Below, in pieces: positions 9,854-20,665 of a DNA stretch of 23,083 bases. The first letter of the stretch is position 1. Each line of letters starts with the position of its first letter. The notes under the pieces were generated by a model, which saw nothing but the letters and a program-made list of their open reading frames with translations, ran no database searches and had not been told where the DNA came from. A program made the position numbers and the translations under genes. Origin of the DNA: Octopus sinensis (Eukaryota); contig NW_021836760.1 in NCBI RefSeq assembly GCF_006345805.1, positions 1 through 23,083 of the forward strand. The letters are read 5' to 3'.

Positions 9854-10342
9854 CGGCTTTGGGGTCTTGAGGTTCTTAACTCTTGCCCAACCCTATCGGC
9901 ACCGACCTATGTGATCTTAGGCATCTTAGGCTATAATCCTCCGGTTTTCCTTAAGAACGATAGATAGGGAATGTCATATGAGAAATTTGGCTGCTATTTC
10001 TACCAACATTCATGACTGCGTAGGAGAAGGTGACTTCGTTGATTCGTGACATCCTGTCGTAGTATTAAGGAAACGTCGACAATATACAAAAAAAGAAAAA
10101 AAGAAAGCACAAATAAAATAAAATAAAACAAAAGTGTGGGAAGAGTGATGAGTGCAGCCTGTTGTCACTACACCTACCTTATCAAACTCAACCCATTTCT
10201 TCTTATTCTGTACAGCGTCCGATACGAGGTTTGTTTTGCTTGTTTGTTTGTTTGTTTGCTTTCTTTAGAACTACCATCGCCAGCACCACATTCGCCGTCA
10301 CACACACATACGGAACGACGCCCCTTATCAGCGACAAGACCT

Positions 10343-11192
10343 TCATCATCATCATCATCATCATCATGACCACCATCCCCAACACCACCGCTACCACAAC
10401 CACCACCAATAACAACAACAACACCAACACCGCCATCACCACCACCACCACCATCACCACCACCATCACCACCATCATCATCATCATCATCATCATCATC
10501 ATGACCACCATCCCCAACACCACCACGAACAACAACACCGCTACCACAACCATCAACAATAACAACAACAACAACACCAACACCGCCACCACTATCACCC
10601 CAACACCGCTACCACCACCACCACCAATAACAACAACAACACCAACACCGCCACCACTATCACCCCAACACCGCCATCACCACCACCACCATCACCGCCA
10701 CCATTACCACCATCATCATCATCATCATCATCATCATCATGACCACCATCCCCAACACCACCACGAACAACAACACCGCTACCACAACCATCAACAATAA
10801 CAACAACAACACCAACACCGCCACCACTATCACCCCAACACCGCTACCACCACCACCACAACCATCACCACCATCATCATCATCATCATCGTCATGACCA
10901 CCATCCCCAACACCACCACGAACAACAACACCGCTACCACAACCACCACCATCACCACCACCATCATCACCATCATCATCATCATCATCGTCATGACCAC
11001 CTACCCCAACACCACCACGAACAACAACACCGCTACCACAACCACCACCATCACCACCACCATCATCACCACCATCATCATCATCATCGTCATGACCACC
11101 ATCCCCAACACCACCACGAACAACAACACCACCACGAACAACAACACCAACATCGCCACCACTATCACCCCAACACCGCCACCACCACCACC

Positions 11193-11226
<34 letters not shown>

Positions 11227-11560
11227 TCATCATCGTTTCATCGTCATCAACGTCATCGACATCGTCTTCTTGTTTCGACCATCGTCTCTACCACAACCCT
11301 CATCATCATCATCATCATCACCATATCGCCACAACCCTCACCATCAGCATCACCACTACCACCTCATCATCATCATCCTCATCATCACCTTTCAGCTGCA
11401 GCAGAAGGCACAGCAGCAGTAACAAGTAGCATCGCATCTGTTTCGAGTCTACAACCATCACAACTACCACAACCGCTGCGAACACCACCACCACCACCAT
11501 AGCCACCACCACCATCACCACCACCATCATATCAGGGTCATTATTATCATCCTCATGACT
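10343..11560. repeat. CAC/CAT/AAC triplet low-complexity array with a higher-order unit
   Basis: Anchor ATGACCACC(AT/TA)CCCCAACACCACC recurs at 10366, 10501, 10739, 10894, 10993 and 11092. Confidence 0.9.
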
Positions 11561-12427
11561 TTGATCTCGTTCTTTACTTTTTTTTCTTTTCTTCGCCTCC
11601 ACCTATTTTCTTTTTATCTCATCCCTTATTTGTACCTATTTGTCTATACCTCCATCCTTCTAACACACACCCCACCACCACCACCACCCCACCCTCCACC
11701 ACCATCACAAACACACACGCACACACCTTTCTCCCACTCCCTCCCTTTTTCTTTCTAGTCTCCCTCAAGCACTTGCTCCAACCACTGACCTCTCTACTCC
11801 ATCCCACACACAATCCTGTCCCCCCTCTATCCCCGCCTGCTGCCCCACCTTCCCATAAGATGCCTTAGTGTTAGCGTAACTATCGTTTCCTTTTTGACCT
11901 GACCTTAGTCACTCTGGTACCGGTGATAATTTGTCAGAATCCATCCATGTTTCTCTGCAAAACTAAACTGACAAAAAAAAAACTAGAAAAAAAAACCCCC
12001 AGAAAAATACGAAAAAAAAAACAGAGCAAGTCAAAAGAGGAAGTCGCCATTTTGAATTTTCTGATTTACTTCTTAATATCTTTATTTCCTTATTTATTTG
12101 TTTTCATCTGTGTTTGTATTTTTGCACGTGCACTGACCATAGCGGACGGGATGTCATGTGATGTAGGCCAGCTGGTCTATAATGGCCGCTGATAGCACTG
12201 GCTGTTCTTAATTAATCTATGAAGTTGCCGTGACATCACAGGATTAAGGATGAAATATAAATGATGGCTGGGCGGATATCTACTCTTGTTTGCATCTGAG
12301 CATGTTTCTACTCATTTGTGTTTGATTTGTTTCGTATTGATTTAACTCTCTTCTACGCGGACGAATGTATGTTCGTGTGCGTTGTTTGTTGTTTTAAATT
12401 TCTTTCGTTATAACCATTAGTATTTTT

Positions 12428-12429
<2 letters not shown>

Positions 12430-12499
<70 letters not shown>

Positions 12500-12530
12500 A
12501 CAACTACTACTGCTGCTGTTGCTACCACTA
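12430..12530. repeat. (CTA)n(CTG)n microsatellite
   Basis: Seen directly. Confidence 0.92.
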
Positions 12531-12534
12531 TTTG

Positions 12535-12710
12535 ACAGAATCGTTAGCACGCCGGACAAAATGCTTAGCGGAGTTTCGTCCGTCTTCACGCTCTGAATAT
12601 AAATTCCACCGTGTTTGACTTAGCCATCCATCCACTCAGGGGTCGATAGTATGGATATACGTCATTTGGGTCGATGTAATCCACAAGCCCACTCCCACTT
12701 GTGCCAAAAT
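12535..12710 (+). mobile_element. Degenerate SINE family B
   Basis: CAGAATCGTTAGCACGCCGGACAAAATGCTTAGCGG...GGGGTCGATAG...GGGTCGATGTAATC...TGCCAAAAT, homologous to 301-501. Confidence 0.75.
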
Positions 12711-12727
12711 TATTATTATTATTATTA

Positions 12728-12761
<34 letters not shown>

Positions 12762-14350
12762 GTTCTATGTTTGACTTTTGCTTTATGTCTGTACAAGTTG
12801 GCTCCAAGTCTCACCCAGAGACCTCAAGAGACAACAGGTTGGAAGTTCTGTGCCATATATTTAGGGGGGGGTGTTGTACTAGTTAATGTCTAATACATAA
12901 AAAAAAAGTTTGTTTTAAACCTTGGGATTACATAGAGAGTATTTTGCGTAGGATATGAGCAGTTCCCATGAGCACTATATTTTGAATTTCTGCCATTTTG
13001 GGGTTTCCTGGTATCTGAGTTAGGTAGCAATCAGTCCCTTTCGCTATCATTCCCAGGGCACCTATGACAACAGGTATTGTTTTAGTCTTCAGCTTCCACA
13101 TTTTGCTGATTTCTATTTCAAGATCTTTATATTTGCTCAGTTTTTGGTAGGTCTTGACAGATACGTTTTATCGATTGGGACAGTCATATCAATGAGGAGG
13201 CATGTTCTTTGTCTGAAGTCTTTCAATATGATGTCTGGCCTATTTGCATCTATCTTCCTGTCAGTTTGAATGGAGAAGTTCCAGAGGAGTGAGATGTGGT
13301 CATTTTCAAGCACTGGAGGTGGATTGTGTTCCCACAAGTTTTTTCATGGGGCAAATCCAGGTTTTTGCAAATTACCCAGTGAATATATTGTGCATTCTGT
13401 GCATTGTCAACAGTTTCCTTATTTTTCTGTCGAGCTGACATATTTCAGTAATTGACCAGTTAACAATATTGAAACTGTAAGTCACGACTGGTATGGCTAA
13501 TGCATTGATCGCTTCGATCCTGTTTCTTGCATTCAGCTCTGTCTTGAGTATTGCTCTCACTCTTCGATAGCATTCTCTCCTGATCCTTTCCTTCATCTCT
13601 GAGTGCCTTATTCCGTTCCCTTCAATTACCCCCTAGGTACTTGTAGCTCTCCGCTGGGTCTAGTTCTTTTATGACATTCTGCTGGTCAAGGTTAACGTTA
13701 GATGTTTCTGTCATTTTTCCTTTGATAAACGTAGCTTTTGCACATTTATCGAGGCCGAATTGCATTCTGATGTTGTCACTGAATTGTTTGACTATCGCTA
13801 GTAAGCCGAGTTGTTGGTCATTTTTTGCAAAAAGCTTTAAATCATCCATGTAAATGAGATGATTTATATTTTTTATCAAACATTTTATACCCGTACTGCG
13901 CGTCATTGAGCAGCTTGAGAGAGGTATTAAGGATAAACAAAAGAGGAGTGGTGACAGTGGTCACCCTGAAAATGCCACACGAAATTTTTACATCACCAGC
14001 ATTTAGGGATTCATTGTCACTGTTCAGAGTTAGTGTGGTCTCTATGATCTCATACTTACAGTCAAGAAGTTTCGCAGAGTAAGTGCTATCTTATACATTT
14101 CCAGGCATTTCCTAATCCAGCTATGTGGTAGGCTATCAAAAGCCTTTTTATAGTCTATCCAGGCTATTGATAAGTTTTTGTGTCGTTTGTGACAATCTTC
14201 TAAGATCATCTTATTGATGAGTAGTTGGTCTTTACAGCCGTAGGATCCACGTTTACATCCTTTCTGTTCATTAGGGAATATGCTGCTGTCTGTTAAAAAA
14301 CTATAGGTATATTCCGTCAGGACAGATGATAGCGTTTTGTACATAGTTGT
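12762..14350 (-). mobile_element. 5'-truncated, internally deleted R4/Dong-like non-LTR retrotransposon (RT plus restriction-like endonuclease), non-functional
   Basis: Minus-strand fragments: EQKGCKRGSYGCKDQLLIN, AWIDYKKAFDSLPHSW, INHLIYMDDLKLFA, YKYLG, AINALAIPVVTYSF, and endonuclease RPDIILKD...CLLIDMTVP...LSKYKDL...IPVVIGALG...AHILRKILSM with stop at 12928-12930. About 165-bp 3' UTR then (TAA)n. Multiple frameshifts. Confidence 0.92.
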
Positions 14351-14512
14351 TGTTATTATTATTATTATTATTGTACATAGTTGTTGTTATTATTATTATT
14401 ATTTTGTACATAGTGTGTTTTATTATTATTATACTATTTCTTCTTCTTCTTCTTCTTCTTCTTCTTCTTCTTCTTCTTCTTCTTCTTCTTCTTCTTCTTC
14501 TTCTTCTTTTTC

Positions 14513-14570
<58 letters not shown>

Positions 14571-14581
14571 CATCATCATCA

Positions 14582-14652
<71 letters not shown>
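14350..14652. repeat. (ATT)n/(CTT)n/(ATC)n compound microsatellite; further ATT tracts at 12710-12761, 14995-15121 and 15586-15665
   Basis: Seen directly. Confidence 0.95.
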
Positions 14653-14655
<3 letters not shown>

Positions 14656-14992
14656 TCCGCCTTAGTGAAAGTGGAGGTATTGTTTTTAGTCGTGTTTGTT
14701 TGTTTGTCTGTCCATGGACAAGAACGGCTGGATGGATTCGGATGAAACTTTCAGTGATGTTTGGCCTCGTAACTGGCACAAACTGATTAGATTTTGAGAT
14801 CGATCCGACACCGGACAAGGATTCTGGATTATTTTTCCTGTTTCTTTTTTTTACTTTATTCTTTTGAGTATCCTCGTTTGTGAGAGCAGTCGAGTTTATT
14901 TCAGATATTCTCATTTTCATAAACAAACCCGGTTAATCGTTGCGAGGACGTTGGTGTTGACTTAGCGAAGGTTTGCGCTCTTTTAGTACTAT
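14651..14992 (+). mobile_element. Helentron-associated non-autonomous element (HINE / DINE-1-like architecture)
   Basis: 5' TTACCTCCGC paired with nearby GTGGAGGT, then a (GTTT/GTCT)n tract, a degenerate 3' sub-TIR AGCGAAGGT (14964-14972), and a decayed terminal stem-loop GCGCTCTTTTAGTAC; sits in T-rich sequence. Confidence 0.75.
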
Positions 14993-15085
14993 TGTTATTA
15001 TTATCATTATTATTATTATTATAAATTATTATCATTATTATTATTATTATTATATTATTATTATTACTATTATTATTATTATATA

Positions 15086-15117
<32 letters not shown>

Positions 15118-15121
15118 TATT

Positions 15122-15586
15122 GAGTGAGAGAGCAGTTCATGCCATCAAGTGACACTGGGGTAAATATACGAAGCCCAATATACCCATCATGACTACCCGT
15201 CTGATAAAGGTACACCAGCACATGCATCACAACCATATGTGCGCGACATGGTGATCTCATATCAAGATAAACAGCACATGACCTTGCAGGTGGGGCCCAG
15301 TTAGAATTTTCTTCAGGTTGAGTAGCCCATCCCGCTCAAACGGTCCCTGAATAAGGGTTGTTTAAGGATGTTTAAAGAACCACCCATGTTTCCAGAGGTG
15401 AACTATTCAAACCCCCAAGAATCCCTCTCAACACATGGCTATGATGCTCCCCCACTACTTCTTCTTCTGCTCGTGATCAGAGATGCACATATCGTCAGCC
15501 ACTAAGGGACATGCTCAACTGGTTAAGGTCAAACAACTGACAAGCAAATCTGTGGTATTGAGCAGAATTTTGCTGTAGCCCATCTT
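15122..15586. mobile_element. Unclassified 465-bp non-coding insertion bounded by (ATT)n
   Basis: Complex, higher-GC block sharply bounded by ATT tracts; no ORF, TIR or clear Pol III boxes seen. Confidence 0.55.
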
Positions 15587-16331
15587 ATCATTATTATTAT
15601 TATTATTATCATTATTATATTATTATTATTATTATTATTATTATTTTATTATTATTATTATTATTTATTTGCCATTTTTTAAAACTGATGTAGCCATGCA
15701 ATATATATTTGTCTTTGTTTCTTTTCTTTTCTTTTTCTTTCTTTTTTTTATACTCACCGTTCTGGGTTTAATAGGCTTAACCATTCGAAACGAGATAATC
15801 TATAATCCGCTGTTCGCTAATGCAAGGGTTAAGCTGGAAAACACTGTATTCGCTTTTCGTTCTCGTTCTTGTTTTTGTTTGTTGTATTATATCTTTATTT
15901 TTATTACAATTTTTTATATATTTTTTTTTATTTTACATTCTTCTATAAATATTTTTTTTATGTTATTGTTGTTTTGTCATTTCTTCCAAATATTTTGACC
16001 TTTATGAGCATTCATAGGTGGACCTTTCCTACAAATGATTATATATCTGCCAAAACAATTATTGATATACCCATAGCACACTGACACTTTCTTCTTTGCT
16101 TCTATATCAAACCCATTCCATATACATACATCTATTCTACTCTCTATCTTTACTTCCTTCTCCACTTCACACACACACGCACCCGCCAACACACATACAC
16201 ACACACATATATTGCGTAAAGATATCCATTCTTACATGCAGCCACATTTGTATCAATTTATCAATCCATGCATTTGGATATGCATTCATGCAAGTGTGTG
16301 TGTATGTACCTATAAATCATACATTCACATA

Positions 16332-16498
16332 GGCGTGGCTGTGTAGTAAGAAGTTTGCTTCTCTACCATATGGTTCTGGGTTCAGTCTCACTGCATGGCA
16401 CCTTGCGCGAGTGTCTTCTACTATTTCTGCTGTAGCATCGAGCCGACCAAAGCCTTGTGTGTGGATTTAGTACACGGAAAGTGAAAGAAGCTCGTCGT
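16332..16498 (+). mobile_element. SINE family A, 5' half, ending in (TA)n
   Basis: GGCGTGGCTGTGTAGTAAG...GGGTTCAGTCTCACTGC...GAAAGAAGCTCGTCG, then (TA)n to about 16578. Confidence 0.85.
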
Positions 16499-16527
16499 AT
16501 ATATATATATATGTATAATATATATAT

Positions 16528-16582
<55 letters not shown>

Positions 16583-16700
16583 CTAAGCAATAAAATTACT
16601 TTATTTTCCTCGAATGAGGCTTTTACATGCCGAAGACTACTGGTGTAATTGATAATATTCCAAATTAATTAATTTCACCCTTCATTATTACGGATAACTA

Positions 16701-16774
<74 letters not shown>

Positions 16775-16809
16775 TACTTGGAAGTGGATGTGTGGCGTTC
16801 AATCGTATA

Positions 16810-17100
16810 ATAGCAAAATAATATATAAACATATGCATATATACATTCATATCTGTGCATACCTACATCTATATGTATATATACATGCATATATGGGTAC
16901 AGGACCCCCCCCCCCAAAAAAAAAACGTTGAACACAATGAGAAACGAAAACATAAAAGCAAAAACATGGAAACGGACTTTTTTCCAAACAACGAAAAAAC
17001 AGAGTACAAGACATGCAACACAAAGAATATTCCCCTTTTTCACTTGCCCCTGTTTCGGCTACTCCGCATTTCAAAGTTTCACGTCTTTGATCCTCAGGTA
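16810..17100 (-). repeat. Interspersed repeat, copy B (homologous to 5720-5963)
   Basis: Reverse-complement similarity, also visible in the near-identical pseudo-peptides of ORFs 5731(+) and 17043(-). Confidence 0.72.
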
Positions 17101-18318
17101 AAATATTGTTTTACTGAGAAGCGGGGGTCTTTGAGTTAGAAAATGTGAAGTTCTAAGTTCACTAAGTTATACGCTTTATCTTCGGCATAAAGTGTTCCTT
17201 GTCCTACTTGTTTACACTCACGTCTGTACATACAGATACGCACTCACAAACACATACTTACAAAGCAAGCGTGTATATATACATATATACTTGCATGCAT
17301 ATACGTACATATCACCCACTTTCTATGTCTCACCTCACTTTCTTACAGTGAAATTTATACAGGCATATCTTAATGTTTTTGTAAATGCATTTGTGTCAGG
17401 CACGTACCGTCAGTAATTACTCAGGGTAGGCAGTTGGCGATCTTTATGTAGTAAAATACACAAAGAATAAGCGAAACACGGGCGCGCGACCGAGTTGAAG
17501 GCAGATCTATTTCTGCTTTTATAACACGCGTTGCAGAAATGTACTCAACGCGTGTACTACTGCAGTACTATGCGTAACTTAAATACTGGGATTGAAAAGC
17601 AGGGGCGTATTATACGTACCTAATCTACAAAAAAAAATAAATAAATAAAACATTTTGCATTTTATGTATAGTAATCAGCTTACTAACCTTCATAATTTTA
17701 TTGAATTGGTGCATATTTTGCCGTTAGAGGAAAATGTTGCTATCGATCTGTTTTATTCAAGATAGGTACTGCGACCCTTGCCTACCTAGGTGGCACGTCC
17801 CTGGTTTGTGTGCATGTATATGCCTGTGTGTGTGTGATATCTATACATGTGTTGAAAGAGAGAGAGTTGAAAGTGTGATATCTATACATGTGTTGAAAGA
17901 GAAATATAAATGTGATAGAGAGAGAGAGAGAAAAAGAGACAGAGACAGACAGACAAAGGTACAGAGAAAAATAAAGTATATAAAGAGAGAGAGAGAATAA
18001 GATATAAAATGCATATACTACGGAAAGCAGTATATGCCTGTTTGGTTAATAGTTTGTTAACATGGAGACTGTGAATAATAAAAATGAAGTCTCTCTGCTT
18101 CACTTTCAAACATTTAATTTTGGAGAGAAGTTTTGATGAAGTGTAGCTCCATTGCTTTTCGAAATTTTGGGTCATCTCTTCAACATTTATAAAAGGGAAA
18201 TATTTTGAACTTTCCTTCACTGCATATTTCTAGATGCTTGCTCAGTGGAATCTTGCGCAATTCATCTTGCCGGATGTGTTGCCTGTGAATTCTTGCACGT
18301 TGACAGGGGGAATTATAT

Positions 18319-18361
<43 letters not shown>

Positions 18362-19056
18362 ATATATATAAATATAATCACCGTGATCACCGTGACCGAC
18401 CAGGTTATCAGATGTTGCTACACATCGCTGGTCACAATGCGCTTCGCATTGTTTTAGCCTTCATATATATATGAAGAGATTTGTTGTGCAAGGTTGGAAT
18501 AATGCGTGAGGGTAGAAAACAACTACAAAAACAAAAGGAAAAAGAAAACAGGAACACAAAATAATTACAGTTTAAATTTTATTTCTATATTTCACCTGCA
18601 ATAAGGTAGAACTGCAATTTTGTTTTCTTTTCATTTTCTCTTTGTAGCTGGCCTTTTATCTTCTCGTATTGTTCCGGCCTGACAATAGTCTGCTCCAATT
18701 GCTTATAAGTAATACCACACAATGCTACTCCAGAACTATCCCATTCATATATATGTGTGTGTGAGTGTGAATGTATGATTGTGTGTGTGTGTGTGTGTGT
18801 GTGTGTTTGTATGCATGCATATGTATTAATGCGTGTGCATGTGAGTATTTGCAAATACGTGTGTACTTAAGGATATGTATGCGTGCATACGTTTGTATAT
18901 GTTTGCATAATTTTGTTTATTTTTCAGTGAAAGACAGAGGGGTCCGGGAAAGGGAGGAAGAGAAATGGAGAGAGAAGGAGAGGGAGAGGTGGAGAGAAAG
19001 AGAAAGATATAGAATGAAAGGTAAATAGATAAGATAGATAAAGCGAGCGAGAAATA

Positions 19057-19109
19057 GAGAGAGAGAGAGAGAGAGAGAGACTGCGTGTGTGTGTGTGTGC
19101 GTGCGTGCA

Positions 19110-19140
<31 letters not shown>

Positions 19141-19153
19141 GTGTGTGTGTGTG
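19057..19153. repeat. (GA)n(GT)n microsatellite
   Basis: Seen directly. Confidence 0.9.
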
Positions 19154-19469
19154 TAGGTGACAGGATGTAAGCTGTATAAGGCCATGAGTGATTTCACGGT
19201 CATGAAACAGTTTTGCTTTGCTTAAATTGACTCCTTAACTGATGCTTCGGTATTCACTATGTGCCACCACCATTTGCCCATACTTTACGTGACATCCAAC
19301 AGATACATTTCATTAGTCACCAGATGTTAACCAGAAAATTTATTAAATTCAAGCAGCGACCTGATTTTGCTTTTCCCCTTCGCTCCCTAAGTTTAAATTT
19401 AACCGTAGTTCAATAACACATAATACCAATCAAGTTATGTTGTCAATTTAATCGATTGACCACATATCC

Positions 19470-19650
19470 AAATTCCTTGCCGTAACTTATTTCTTCCTGC
19501 TTTACGTTGTGAGATCACATTCCGTTGAGGTCGACTTTACCTCTCATTCTTTCGGGGTTAATAAAATAATACTAGTTGTTTACTGGGCTTCGATGTAATC
19601 AACTTGTCCCCTCACCCGAAATTGCTGGCACTATGCCAAAATTTGAAACA
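19470..19650 (+). mobile_element. Old SINE family B copy
   Basis: GAGGTCGACTTTACCTCTCATTCTTTCGGGGTTAATAAAATAA...CGATGTAATCAACTT...TGCCAAAATTTGAAAC. Confidence 0.7.
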
Positions 19651-19772
19651 CCTGAGCACCGATTTTGCCATTCTCGCCTTTTCCAAGTTTGCTGAAGAGG
19701 CGGTTATAAGCCCGAAATATAGAAATGTAAGGTAAAGCTGCAACTTTGTTTTGTTTTATTTATTTTCCTTTC

Positions 19773-20330
19773 GATCTATTCCATCTCAATCACAGATTTT
19801 TTATTTTTTTTTAGCCAAAGAGTTTGAAACTTTGAATACTGGTACAATTTCTCACGTGGAACACGGTTTACTCTGAACGATTTTGATAAAATTTCGTATT
19901 TTAGAAGTTATTTCGTGTTAAAGTTGTCGTATTTGGATAATTTCAACCAATCAGTGACGTGTATTCGGTTGAAGAAAGCTACTGCTGTTTGCAATAGTAA
20001 TCGAAGAGGAACAACTTCCCGGTCATCCATACTAAATATCATCACCCTGTTCGAAGAATCAACACCAAGAAGAAAGAAATATTATTTACATATATGTATT
20101 TGTTTGCACGACATCGATGTTTTATCCATACATAAAGCGCGCCGGTTTTTAAAAGACACACAGAGCAACGAGTCCGCAGCTAGCTTTTTTGTTGTTGATA
20201 TAATATGTGGTTTCAAAATGCCTTATTTTACAGCTGTGAGATATATTGCTGAGGAAGCTAGGACTAGTTTTGCCAGTGCAAAAACCGGTCCACGTGAGTC
20301 CAAATACTTAAATGTATTAACATGATTTGT
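19773..20330. mobile_element. Highly diverged relative of the GGATC TIR family
   Basis: Left part has GATCTATTC...TTTGAAACTTTGAATACTGGTA...AACCAATC, as in the family arm; residual inverted match CTCACGTGGAACACGGTTT (19851) with AAACCGGTCCACGTGAG (about 20282). Ends and TSD not resolvable. Confidence 0.45.
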
Positions 20331-20464
20331 CTTCGGCTGATTTCTGTAGTTATCATCAGTGTATTTCGGCGATTTAGATAAGAGTTTTAACTGTTATTTC
20401 CAGCAGGGATATACTTAGTATGTCCTATGATTAATTTTAATATACATATATTATATATATATTA

Positions 20465-20665
20465 ATTTAATCCAAACAAGAAAGCACAAAAAAAAACACA
20501 ACAACGCGAGGACGTGGAACAATATAGTATTATTGGACGCTCAGGAAAGAAGGAAAGAAGGAGGGTTTAACGTTTCGAACGGAGAGCTCTCGTTGGGAAA
20601 CATAGGAGAAGGAAAGATCTCCAGAGAAGGAAGACAGAGGAAAAAAAAATCGCACCGGTACACAT
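20465..20665 (-). repeat. Probable interspersed repeat carrying a degenerate hammerhead-like motif (Penelope-type relic?)
   Basis: Complex block between TA tracts; minus strand reads CCAACGA-GAGC-TCTCC-GTTC-GAAA-CG-TTA. Single copy in the window, so repeat status is inferred. Confidence 0.45.

Noticed and set aside
10343-11235. CRISPR-like repeat-spacer appearance (also 993-1105)
   Set aside because: Eukaryotic context; intervening segments are low-complexity, mutually related and irregular in length; no cas genes.
10162-11502. Mucin-like or His-rich ORFs of 212 and 202 aa
   Set aside because: Triplet low-complexity sequence; repeat units shift frame; no splice or domain support.
12147-12173. 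Reverse-strand resemblance to miR-193 (CTGGCCTAC)
   Set aside because: Only about 9 nt match and no convincing precursor hairpin.
18375-18442. Short complex insert between TA tracts, possibly a retroelement tail
   Set aside because: Too short and single-copy here to classify.
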